The notes under the pieces are model-generated. The model was not told the DNA's origin and ran no database searches. It worked only from the letters and a program-made list of their open reading frames with translations. 64,000 nucleotides of DNA. Origin: Thalia democratica. Lineage: Eukaryota. The stretch spans positions 23,250,001-23,314,000 of the forward strand of contig OZ241827.1 of NCBI GenBank assembly GCA_965202585.1, given 5' to 3'. Position 1 is the first letter of the stretch, and the number at the start of each line of letters is the position of its first letter. Below, piece after piece: positions 23,746 through 36,254 of this stretch. A program made the translations under genes and the position numbers.

Positions 23746-25013
23746 TAGTGATCTACCGGATTCAGCTGGATTTATTTTTAGATCTGGATCCTAATTTTAC
23801 AATATTATTCTGATCTGGCAAAAAACTAATTTTAGACAAAGATCCGGATCCGAACGTATGCTTATTTGAAAAAGATTTGGATCCGGCCGGGTGCTAATTT
23901 ATCGTGTATTTCAGAATTTTGAATCGATATATTAATTACCAAGGTTCTCAAGTATGAAATTTTGTTTTAATTTTTATTAAGTATACATAACTATATATTT
24001 ATTATAACTCTGGATCGAATTAATACTAATTAGTCTTATAAAAACAATAATTTACTTACTAAAAAATACTCGAGCCTAATATTTCAAGCTAAAACATTAA
24101 AAAATTGTTAATTGTTCGAAAATATATATATTATTCAGAAGTTAACTAACATTACAAAATTAAACTACTACCTTTTAATTTAAACAAACTTATTAAGATT
24201 CATTACACATTTTTGCACGTATAAAAGAAACAAAACAACAAATAATTCTGATATAATAAACAGCTTTACCGTAAAAAGCAAAAAAATAAATTAAAAGATT
24301 TTGATGAAACACTTAAGGTTAATCATATATCACAGTTGTTTAAATCTAGTTGCATGAAGGTTTGGGAAAATCTGCAATTGCACTGAAATACCGATTAGGT
24401 TTGAGATTAGCTTATCCTTGTTAAAGTTAATGGTCGGAAATGTTTGTTTTCAAATGTATGAAGTTTCGAACAAAACAACTAGGTTCATGGTCATATTTTG
24501 AATTTGACAAACTTTGGCTCGTTCAATAATACATAAAATCTATCTAAAAGTCTACTAAAAGCAGCGATATTGTATGCTTGATTTAAATTTTCATATCAAA
24601 ATATTTAAAAAACAGTTAAACCTAGATAAAAAATTACTTTGACTTAAAATTCTAGTACTTTTACTTTCAAAATATCAAACATTAATGATCAACTTATGAA
24701 ACTTAACTAAGTTCTGTACTCTAAAAATAACATTATCAAACAATTCATCTAAAATACTTTTATAAAAGTACTAACATAAAATAACGAAATACTAAAATAA
24801 AAAGAGATTAATTAATACTAAACATGATAACTATAACAATTTAATAGACTTTTAGACTAAGATCAGTTTTTCTATAATGAAATTAGTACTAAACGAAAAA
24901 CTAACATATAAAACTGTCATATTATATATATAATGTAAAGTTTAAAGAGTTTAGGAGGAATAATTACACTAAAAAGAAGTCAATGAGACATTTGTGGATC
25001 ATCAAAGTTTTTA

Positions 25014-28000
25014 ACAAGTTAGGAAAAAGCTAATAAAATTTAGAATATTCACCCTTTTTAGTTGGAAGTTGTCTGGTTTTGCTATAATTGTAAATTTTCC
25101 GTACTTCGTAAAATTATCTTCTACTTCAGGACAAAATGTGATCAGACAGGATTCGGAGGTACAATTATCAGAAAGCTTCTTATACTCAACCTAATAAAAA
25201 AAGAATAGTTAAATTGATTAAATAACTTTAAAACCTACTTGATATTAATAAACCAGTTAGGATTTTACTAAATAGTTATAATATAACAGTTAAAAGTTAG
25301 GAAAAAACTAATAAAATTTAGAGTATTTACCTTGTCTAGTTGGAAGTTGTCTGGTTTTGCTATCATTGTAAATTTTCCGTATTTCATAAAATTTTCTTCT
25401 ACTTCAGGAAAAAATGTGATCAGACAGGATTCGGAGGTAGAATTATCAGAAAGCTTCTTATACTCAACCTAATAAAAAAGAATAGTTAAATTGATTAATT
25501 AATTTTAAAACTACTTCATATTAATAACCCAGTTAGGATTTTACTAATTAGTTATAATATAACAGTTAGAATTAGGAAAAAACTAATAAATTTAGAGTAT
25601 TTACCTTGTCTAGTTGGAAGTTGTCTGGTTTTGCTATCATTGTAAATTTTCCGCATTTCATAAAATTTTCTTCTACTTTAGGACAAAATGTGATCAGACA
25701 AGATTCGGAGGTACAATTATCAGAAAGCTTCTTATATTCAACCTAATAAAAAAGAATAGTTAAATTGATTAATTAATTTTAAAACTACTTCATATTAATA
25801 ACCCAGTTAGGATTTTACTAATTAGTTATAATATAACAGTTAGAATTAGGAAAAAACTAATAAATTTAGAGTATTTACCTTGTCTAGTTGGAAGTTGTCT
25901 GGTTTTGCTATAATTGTAAATTTTCCGTACTTCGTAAAATTATCTTCTACTTCAGGACAAAATGTGATCAGACAGGATTCGGAGGTACAATTATCAGAAA
26001 GCTTCTTATACTCAACCTAATAAAAAAAGAATAGTTAAATTGATTAAATAACTTTAAAACCTACTTGATATTAATAAACCAGTTAGGATTTTACTAAATA
26101 GTTATAATATAACAGTTAAAAGTTAGGAAAAAACTAATAAAATTTAGAGTATTTACCTTGTCTAGTTGGAAGTTGTCTGGTTTTGCTATCATTGTAAATT
26201 TTCCGTATTTCATAAAATTTTCTTCTACTTCAGGAAAAAATGTGATCAGACAGGATTCGGAGGTAGAATTATCAGAAAGCTTCTTATACTCAACCTAATA
26301 AAAAAGAATAGTTAAATTGATTAATTAATTTTAAAACTACTTCATATTAATAACCCAGTTAGGATTTTACTAATTAGTTATAATATAACAGTTAGAATTA
26401 GGAAAAAACTAATAAATTTAGAGTATTTACCTTGTCTAGTTGGAAGTTGTCTGGTTTTGCTATCATTGTAAATTTTCCGTATTTCATAAAATTTTCTTCT
26501 ACTTCAGGAAAAAATGTGATCAGACAGGATTCGGAGGTAGAATTATCAGAAAGCTTCTTATACTCAACCTAATAAAAAAGAATAGTTAAATTGATTAATT
26601 AATTTTAAAACTACTTCATATTAATAACCCAGTTAGGATTTTACTAATTAGTTATAATATAACAGTTAGAATTAGGAAAAAACTAATAAATTTAGAGTAT
26701 TTACCTTGTCTAGTTGGAAGTTGTCTGGTTTTGCTATAATTGTAAATTTTCCGTACTTCGTAAAATTATCTTCTACTTCAGGACAAAATGTGATCAGACA
26801 GGATTCGGAGGTACAATTATCAGAAAGCTTCTTATACTCAACCTAATAAAAAAAGAATAGTTAAATTGATTAAATAACTTTAAAACCTACTTGATATTAA
26901 TAAACCAGTTAGGATTTTACTAAATAGTTATAATATAACAGTTAAAAGTTAGGAAAAAACTAATAAAATTTAGAGTATTTACCTTGTCTAGTTGGAAGTT
27001 GTCTGGTTTTGCTATCATTGTAAATTTTCCGTATTTCATAAAATTTTCTTCTACTTCAGGAAAAAATGTGATCAGACAGGATTCGGAGGTAGAATTATCA
27101 GAAAGCTTCTTATACTCAACCTAATAAAAAAGAATAGTTAAATTGATTAATTAATTTTAAAACTACTTCATATTAATAACCCAGTTAGGATTTTACTAAT
27201 TAGTTATAATATAACAGTTAGAATTAGGAAAAAACTAATAAATTTAGAGTATTTACCTTGTCTAGTTGGAAGTTGTCTGGTTTTGCTATCATTGTAAATT
27301 TTCCGCATTTCATAAAATTTTCTTCTACTTTAGGACAAAATGTGATCAGACAAGATTCGGAGGTACAATTATCAGAAAGCTTCTTATATTCAACCTAATA
27401 AAAAAAAGAATAGTTAAATTGATTAAATAACTTTAAAATCTACTAGATATTAATAACCCAGTTAGGATTTTACTAAATAGTTATAATATAACAGTTAAAA
27501 ATTAGGAAAAAACTAATAAATTTAGAGTATTTACCTTGTCTAGTTGGAAGTTGTCTGGTTTTGCTATCATTGTAAATTTTCCGCATTTCATAAAATTTTC
27601 TTCTACTTTAGGAAAAAATGTGTTCAGACAGGATTCGAAGGTACAGTTATCAGAAAGCTTCTTATACTCAACCTAATAAAAAAAGAATAGTTAAATTGAT
27701 TAAATAACTTTAAAATCTACTTGATATTAATAAACTAGTTAGGATTTTACTAAATAGCTGTAATAACAGTTAAAAATTAAGAAAAACTAATAAATTTAGA
27801 GTATTTACCTTGTCTAGTTGGAAGTTGTCTGGTTTTGCTATCATTGTAAATTTTCCGTACTTCGTAAAATTTTCTTCTACTTTAGGACAAAATGTGATCA
27901 AACAGGATTCGGAGGTACAATTATCAGAAAGCTTCTTATACTCAACCTAATAAAAAAAGAATAGTTAAATTGATTAAATAACTTTAAAACCTACTTGATA

Positions 28001-29345
28001 TTAATAAACCAGTTAGGATTTTACTAAATAGTTATAATATAACAGCTAAAAGTTAGGAAAAAACTAATAAAATTTAGAGTATTTACCTTGTCTAGTTGGA
28101 AGTTGTCTGGTTTTGCTATCATTGTAAATTTTCCGTATTTCATAAAATTTTCTTCTACTTCAGGAAAAGATGTGATCAGACAGGATTCGGAGGTACAATT
28201 ATCAGAAAGCTTCTTATACTCAACCTAATAAAAAAGAATAGTTAAATTGATTAAATAACTTTAAAATCTACTTGATATTAATAAACCAGTTAGGTTTTAC
28301 TAAATAGTTATAATATAACAATTAAAAGTTAGGAAAAAGCAAATAAAATTTAGAATATTCACCTTGTCTAGTTGAAAGCTGTCTGGTTTTGCTATTATTG
28401 TGAATTTTCCGTATTTCGTAAAATTATTTTCTACTTTAGGAAAAAATGTGATCAGACAGGATTCGGAGGTACAATTATCAGAAAGCTTCTTATACTCAAC
28501 CTAATAAAAAAGAATCGTTAAATTGATTAAATAACTTTAAAATCTTTATGATATTAACAAACCAGTTAGGATTTTACTAAATAGTTATAATATAACAGTA
28601 AAAAGTTAGGAAAAAACTAATAAATTTAGAGTATTTACCTTGTCTAGTTGGAAGTTGTCTGGTTTTGCTATCATTGTAAATTTTCCGCATTTCATAAAAT
28701 TTTCTTCTACTTTAGGAAAAAATGTGATCAGACAGGATTCGGAGGTACAGTTATCAGAAAGCTTCTTATACTCAACCTAATAAAAAAGAATAGTTAAATT
28801 GATTAAATAACTTTAAAATCTACTTGATATTAATAAACCAGTTAGGTTTTACTAAATAGTTATAATATAACAATTAAAAGTTAGGAAAAAGCAAATAAAA
28901 TTTAGAATATTCACCTTGTCTAGTTGAAAGCTGTCTGGTTTTGCTATTATTGTGAATTTTCCGTTTTTCACAAAATTATCTTCTACTTTAGGAAAAAATG
29001 TGAACAGACAAGATTCGAAGGTACATTTATCAGAAAGCTTCTTATATTCAATCAATAAAAAAAAGAATAGTTAAATTGATTAAATAACTTTAAAATCCAC
29101 ATGATATTAATAAACCAGTTAGGACTTTACTAAATAGCTGTAATAGCAGTTAAAAATTAAAAAAAAAACTAATAAAATTCAGTGTATTTACCTTGTCTAA
29201 TTGGAAGTTGTCTGGTTTTGCTATCATTGTAAATTTTCCGTATTTCGTAAAATTATCTTCTACTTTAGGAAAAAATGTGATCAAAAAGGATTCGGATGTA
29301 CATTTTTCAGAAACCTTCTCAGACTTAACCTAATTAAAAATAACA
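25014..29345. repeat. Tandem array of 16 units of 274-278 bp (exon plus intron) with higher-order structure
   Basis: The anchor AGTTG(G/A)AAG occurs at 25060, 25338, 25612, 25886, 26164, 26438, 26712, 26990, 27264, 27542, 27816, 28094, 28370, 28646, 28922 and 29199 (variant AATTGGAAG). Variant order is A-B-C, A-B-B, A-B-C with an 826-bp period. Confidence 0.95.
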
Positions 29346-29525
29346 ATTAAGTTAAAATAAAAAATCTTTAAAGTCATTATAGTTTTTCTATTGATCTTAC
29401 TACAACCTAAATCAATTTATTATGCAGATCACTATATTTCAAGTATGACAAATAAAGTGAAGAAAACTCACTTGTTTTTGACCCAAATTTATCAGGATAA
29501 GCAACACCCATAAGCATTTTTTCAT
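25053..29525 (-). CDS. Putative secreted repeat glycoprotein: signal-peptide exon plus 16 tandem 46-codon exons; 3' end unresolved
   Basis: Exon 1 29525-29472 encodes MKKCLWVLLILINLGQKQ and ends at a GTGAGT donor in phase 0. Then 138-nt phase-0 exons at 29329-29192, 29052-28915 (acceptor AG lost), 28776-28639, 28500-28363, 28224-28087, 27946-27809, 27672-27535, 27394-27257, 27120-26983, 26842-26705, 26568-26431, 26294-26157, 26016-25879, 25742-25605, 25468-25331, 25190-25053. All are stop-free. In 14 copies the acceptor is a T-rich tract ending ATTAG (TTTTTAATTAG at 29329); donors are GTAAAT or GTGAAT. Consensus VEYKKLSDNCTSESCLITFFPEVEENFMKYGKFTMIAKPDNFQLDK. Confidence 0.78.
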
Positions 29526-32500
29526 GTTTATCAAATTTTATTAGAACACAAATACTATAAATACAAATATTGTTTAACAAAACTAATTTATCAAGTTCTT
29601 AAATCTAAGTTTTAAAAGCTTACTAAAGGCTTGCTTAATTTAAACTTTTAATATTCTAAATTGACTGAAAATAATCAATGAAGAATTGAAAATAATTATA
29701 AATTGAGTAACTTATCAAGATAATTAGTCACTAACATTTTTTCAAACAGTTAAGCATGTTTTTATAACTAAGTTATTAATAATCAATATAGTACCAATCA
29801 ATCATTATGTTGTCAAATTATATAATTATGATTATCAATAAACTTAAATAATTAATTAGTTCAAATACGAGACGAAATAAAAATTGTACGTAGAAAAAAT
29901 ACAAAGTATACTATTAATTGTTTAAATCCTTTAAAGTTTCGACTAGTACAAGGTTCTACAGCCTTGTAAAAGACGCAGGTCATTTTTCTTAGTAAAAAGC
30001 TGTTTGCAGGCGGTTTTTAATAAAAAAGGTTTTACGTAGGCCGAATTCTTTTTTTTTTTCGTTTGTTGTAATCAAAATAAAAATACTACTTTAGAAAAAC
30101 AGTGTTATAAAATAAGGTTTACGAAATAATTAAAGTTTAAAAAGTTTTACGACAGTTTAAAGTTTAATTACGCGGTTCGAGTTCTCAAAAAGATGTTTAA
30201 AGGGCCACAACTCAAAAAGTAATATATATTTAAAAAAAACTGCGTATGTACGTTTACTTAATAAATATATTACAGTTAAATATTAAGAAATAAATATTAA
30301 AAGAAAAACTTAATAATCACTAAAAAATCCTATATTTAAAACTTTTTTTAGCCATATCTCAAAAAGTGTTTAAAATTTTGCAAACAAAATTTAATATCAA
30401 TTAGACCTATGTAAGGATTTTTTTACTTTTTTTTAATACATATAACCTATTGAGTTGTTACCCTTTCAATAATTTATTAAGAATTGGAAATGTCGGAATT
30501 TAAATTGTCCGAATTTGAATAGTCGTGCACCCTAAAACACAAGTAATTAGTAACTAGATATTTTACCTAATTGTAAGTTTGAAAAAAGCTTTTTACTGTG
30601 CTCAAAAAGGTAATTTATTTACTAAAAAGTACCTCGCTAACCGCCGATCTATGCTTTGCGAGCCGATTTTTACCAAGGTCTGCATGTTGCCAACCCCTGT
30701 ACGACTAGCTCTTTTATATAAAAGTTTTAACATAATTAGCAGTTTTTGTTTTATCTACCAAATTTAAAGCTTACACTTTTAACAATCTTGTATTTACTAC
30801 TCGGTATTTATAAATATTTAAGTTAGTTTATTTATAGAAAACATAACTCGTTGTAATTGAATTTCAAAAAACGTATTTTTATTATTTATTTTGTGGTACT
30901 TAAATTTATTTTTTTATAACGTAAACATTTTAATTTCAGTATACTTAAACTCAACTAAAAAACGAAACTTGGTTTATAAGATTTTTACATAAAATTTTTC
31001 CTAATATATAACCTCGGCCATTTTAAATTGTTGTAATCAATTAATAAAGATTAAAATAGTTTAACTTTAAGTTTAAGGATTCTTTTTTATCATTTTAAAC
31101 TATCAAATATTTTACAAATTTTGAATTTTATACATTTACTTTAGACTTAAGCGTTTAACTTTAAATGTATACACAATGTAAAATGACACAAAAGTTAGGT
31201 TGAACTTTTAGTATATAAATTGTTTGTTGAATGAAAAAGCTCAAATATTTGGTCCTAGGACCTGGTGTACGAAAAAACCTTTCGGTTATCGAGACATACA
31301 CCAGGGTACAATTTAAAGTCATGTCCAGGACAAAATTTTTATATTATTTGTATATTATATTAAAAATTATACTAAATTTTTTATTAGTTCAAAAATTGGC
31401 AACAGTACTGAACACAGTACTAACTACTAACATTACTATAAAATTAAATCAATTTGTTTATTCAGTTTTTTTGATAGAAATTGTACCAGAAAGAGATATT
31501 AAACCTAAAGCCCAGTCTGATTTGCATAACTACTTAGTCAGCAAATTTAATCAGACCTTTATATTTTTTTATTCATAGCCTTATTCCCAAACACCTTACC
31601 AAAACATATTAAAAATTTATCAAAAAAAAAAAAACTAAAAATAAAACAAAAAAATGTTTTTTGCTGAATCATCAAATAAGAGTAACTATTGTTGTCACGA
31701 CTGAGCTTTAAGTTTGAAAGCATCAGAAAGTAACTCACACAAATGAAATACTATTCGGTAAAAAGCAACTCTTTAGTAACAAATAGAAACAGATTAGAAA
31801 CATTTTAAGATTTTATACAATCTGAGCCGGACCAATGGCATTAGAACTTAATTGATATGCTCAATAATGAATGACTGTTTAGGGTATAAACAAGTATTAA
31901 TGTACTCATGATAATGTACGTCCTGAGCAAGACGTTAAAAGGTATCCGTGGTGTGCGACTCGATTACCGAAAGGTTTTTTTGTGCACCAGGTCTTAAGAC
32001 TATATACTTTGGGCATACTTTTGTCGTTCATAAGACATATTGAAGTAATATTTCTATCAAAATTACGAAAAAAAGTTAACTGTAATAAGTTTTGCATTTG
32101 CTTCTAAATTCCTTTAGAGAAAACTAGAACTAAGTATCATAACAAAATAGAACAAACAAAAAAAAAAAAAACGCTTAAATGAACAGCTAGAATTAGTTTT
32201 GGCAACTATGGTTTCCCTCGTTTATTTAAATTTTATTTTTATATTTAAAGTTTTTATTATAATATCCTTCAGTTGAACAAAGGAAAGGACCTCCCAAAGT
32301 GGCCCAGGTGTTTTACTTTATGGTTCTTTAATCCACAGTTTACTAGTATAATAAGCTAGTTATTTAAGACTATATGTTTTATATACTATTAATTTTTGTT
32401 AGAATATGTTTCTTTTAGAATATTTGTTTAGATGGTCAGAACTCAGAAGCTTTGTTTTTATTTTTAAAGTACAATAAATACAATCTAAAACTACAGTACA

Positions 32501-33752
32501 CTTAAATTAGCTGATAAAGATTTATTTTAGTTTTACATTTCTACAAATATTAAAAACTAACTTAAATTTAACAAATTTTCAAAACTTACCATAATTTATG
32601 TTTTTTACTTTTAGGACTGTAACTGTATTCAAAAAATAAATGCATTTAATACAATAGCTTAAATTGATTTCATTAATTTTTTCTTGTTCTTCCATAAAAT
32701 AAAAAACCTTAGCTAGTCCAATACATGTAGAGTGAATTAATTATTAGATTAAAAAAAAATGTTTCATAAAATTATATTGTCTTATATAGAACACAAAGAG
32801 TGTAATAAGAGTTATATCTTATTTAGTTTTTATACTTTTTAAATGTTTTGCCAGTTATGATTAGTATTGATAGTTACTCTAAAACTTTTAAGTTTTACAT
32901 AGGAAAAGTGTATAAAATTTCATTAACTTCATTTTAGTAACATATTTGGAGCTGAATAATTTTTTCTAAAAATTTTATTCACGACTCTTTTAGATTAAGT
33001 TTAAAATAATTACATTAATTTAACAAATTTTCTGGCAACATATATGTAATATAAAATTTAAGTATTTATGTTATACATGTTTTTATTTAACACTTAACAA
33101 GCAAATCTAATGAAAACTTAAAAAGTTAAAAGTTATTATTGGTTGAAATAAAGTAATAGTCTTTTTTCTATAAAATTCACTATAGACTCTAACTATTACA
33201 AAGTTAAACATTAAGAAATACTTTAAACTGTATGGTTAAAAAAATATATATGTAAAATGAAGGATAATATAAAACATTTTATTCTATCAATTGATTAATT
33301 AACTTTAGAGTTAATAAACAACACTTAAGACTGAATTAACACAAATTAAAAAAAAGTTGATTGTAGAAATAAAGAAATTTTTTACAAGTCTATTCCTTAT
33401 TATGATATTTATAGTATTTTAAAAATATTTTGTTGCTATATAATTTTATTAATTATAATTATATTTTTAGATTCAAGGTTTGCTTTGAACACATAATTCT
33501 CCAAATACTTAAATCGTCTTTGATTTTGATAATAATTGTTTTTGATATTCTGAACTGGTTTTTAGCTTTTTTCAAACCTGTTATAGTTGTGTGTACAGTG
33601 AAATCTAGCATAGCTTAGTTTTTAAAAAACCATAAGTTAAAATAAGATTTTAAGATAACAAAAAAAAGAACTTTACTTAAGTTAATATTTATTAATTATG
33701 CCGTAAGTTTTAGCTTTTTACACTGGTTTATTGGCAAACCAATTATCAAAAT

Positions 33753-34141
33753 CAGGGTTGCCACTTTACCTGGAATCCTGGAAAAACCTGGAATTTGACA
33801 GTTTAGGCAAAAATAACCTGAAATTTAAGAAATTCTGAAAAAAACTTGAAAAACCTGGAACTTTGAACAAATACCTGGAATTTTTAAGAATTTTAACTTG
33901 TTCAGTTGTAAAATTTCGGTTTGACACGAAAAATTTATAATATAGATAAAACAAATTTGTCATCATCAAAATTTATTTTAATAAAAAAATACATTTTAAG
34001 TAGCTTTACAGTATCTTTTCAATCTTTTTATACTATTGAACACAGTTTTTACCTTAAATTTAACTTTACACTTAAAATAGACCCAAAAATGTGTACTTTT
34101 AAAAACCTGGAAAAAATTTGAAAAAATGACTGGCAACCCTG
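33753..34141. mobile_element. CAGGGTTGCCA-family MITE with apparent 6-bp TSD
   Basis: TIR CAGGGTTGCCA / TGGCAACCCTG. CAAAAT on both flanks (33747-33752, 34142-34147). Confidence 0.75.
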
Positions 34142-34929
34142 CAAAATACTTTAAGAAAAAAATCTACTACTGTAAGAATTGAGTATACTGTAAAAAAAAA
34201 CATATGTATGTTAAAGTCATGCAAAAATATTATTTTATAATAGACAACATGGGCGGCTGTTTCTCGAAATTTTTGTGCGGGTACCGTATTTTTTGCTCAA
34301 TAATAAAGTTTTTCTTGTAGTATTTTTGTGTTAAAACAGTGTAGAAATTAAGTAAAGGTCTGCTATTATGTTCAAGCATTTGTTTATTGTACTAATCAAA
34401 ATTTTCTGCCAAAGAGAGATTTGTAAAAGTAATGTTTTAGTATCTTCAACTGTACAGAAATTATGAAAAGTAACTTACTCTGCAAAAGTTTTGCCTCCGA
34501 AATAAGAAATAACAACTAAAACTAGAACAAATGTTTTTTATTTTAATGTTAATTATTAGAAACTTTAAAATATTGCTATTTTTTGATAAGTTTGTTTTTC
34601 TTGTCCTTTCAAAAATTTTTTTAAAGTTTGAATTTTACTTCAGCTACTTTTAAATATCTTATGTTAATAAAATCATTTATTGTAAGTAAAGTTGAATATA
34701 GAAGTTGAAATGGTACTTAAAAAAGTTATGATTTTTGCACTAAACTTTAGTGAAAAAACTAGTTGCTAAAAAAACTTAAAATTTCAGCTAGATATCGTTT
34801 TGCAGAAAATGTTGAAATGTCACTACAGAAAAGTCTTGGTCAAGTAGTTGAAATGATATGATGTTTAGTGAACTATAAGAATCAAATTTTGGAAAACTAA
34901 ATTTCAATATCTAACAGTGTCATAAAAAT

Positions 34930-35593
34930 GGGTAGCTGTCTAAATTGGACGAAGGGACAAAATTGCACAAAATTGCACGAGGATACTTTTTCACGAAGAT
35001 AACTTTGCACGAAGGGTCACTTTTGCGTGAAGACAATTTTGCACGAGCAGACGATTTTGCACGGAGACAGACAATTTTGCGTGGGTTGTTTTTTTATTTT
35101 ATTTTAATTTTTTTTTTTTTTTACTATTACTCTTACATTTACCCCTCCTAACCTTTACCCATTGTAGGTAAGTTTATTTAGTTTTAATTAGTTTTATATT
35201 TTAATTTATAATTATCTTTTATTTTTTGATTTTTTTTTGACTATCATTGTTACCCCTAGCCCTTACCCTCGGTCGGTAGCTTTTTGAATTTTTTTTGTTT
35301 AATTTTTTTTTTATTGTAATTTTTATTAATTATGTTTTTATTTTTATTCTTATTATCACTATTACCCATGAACCTTACGCTCGGTCAATAATTTTTTTTA
35401 AATATATAAAATTAATAATATTATTATTCTTTTTCTTAATTTTATTATTTTTTCTTTATTTTTTTACTCACATTCAAAAATGTAACTCGTGCGAAATTGA
35501 CTCTTTGTGCAAAATCGTCTTCGTGCAATTTTGTTCTCGTGCAACTTAGTCCCCTCGTGCATTTTTGTCTTCGTGCAATTTAGACCCGTTCCT
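34930..35593. mobile_element. MULE-like non-autonomous element (GGGTAGCTGTC/TTGCAC family)
   Basis: Termini GGGTAGCTGTC and GACCCGTTCCT with inverted TTGCAC arrays. Flanks CATAAAAAT / CGTAAAATT are a 7/9 match. Confidence 0.7.
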
Positions 35594-36236
35594 CGTAAAA
35601 TTATCATATTGAAAGACTTGCAGAATATGCTTTAATACGACCTAATTTTTTATTTTTTTACAATTTAGTTTACTGTAAACAAAAAAACGACGCACAAAAT
35701 AATTGGTCCAAGGACTTGGTGCATGAAGAACTTTTCAAGTTGCACACCTCATAGATAATTTTCAACATCTTGTCCAGGACTTTTATTAAACAAAATAAAT
35801 AAAAGTTTAAATAACAGATTTATAAGCAACTAAATGTAGTTAAACTATATTAAGTAAAATTGAACACTTTTGAAGTAAAATCTTATTTTGTAGTTCAAAA
35901 ACAACATATAATCATTATTTGTTACTTATGTGAGCATTTTTATTTGTAAACTTTAACGAAACTTAGTAAAAAAAATTATTATAAAAATAGGCTCTTTTAA
36001 AACATCAGTTTATTATGACATCACTGTTAAACTTTATGTTTAGTTCTCTTTCATCTGACAGCTAGTAGTGCATAAGCATGTGGTGAAACTTTCTCAATCT
36101 TTACACTTTATAATATCAGCATCCATTCTTTAAAATTTCAGCGAAAAAGCACCACCAACTCTTTTAGCGTGTATTTCAGATTAAACAAAGTTTTTAAAGA
36201 ACAATCTAATTTTTTCATCTTTATCTTGTTTTTCAG

Positions 36237-36254
36237 GGGCTGCACAGGCTCTAG
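36237..36254 (+). other. Candidate 18-nt micro-exon upstream of the calpain-like ORF (probably 5' UTR)
   Basis: Long pyrimidine tract ...TTGTTTTTCAG|GGGCTGCACAGGCTCTAG|GTAAGT. The next acceptor (TTATTTTTCAG, 36862) is 3 nt before the ATG at 36866. Confidence 0.5.

Noticed and set aside
25014-29345. Array as CRISPR or plain satellite
   Set aside because: No unique spacers, eukaryotic context, and the units carry splice signals and an open 46-codon exon linked to a signal-peptide exon.
23670-30699. hAT left end (23670) and right end (30699) as one element carrying the tandem-exon gene
   Set aside because: Flanks ATCTATAC and TACGACTA do not form a TSD, and the termini differ in detail.
31231-31578. 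115-aa ORF
   Set aside because: Starts in a SINE-like repeat and runs through AT-rich DNA; no motif or splice support.
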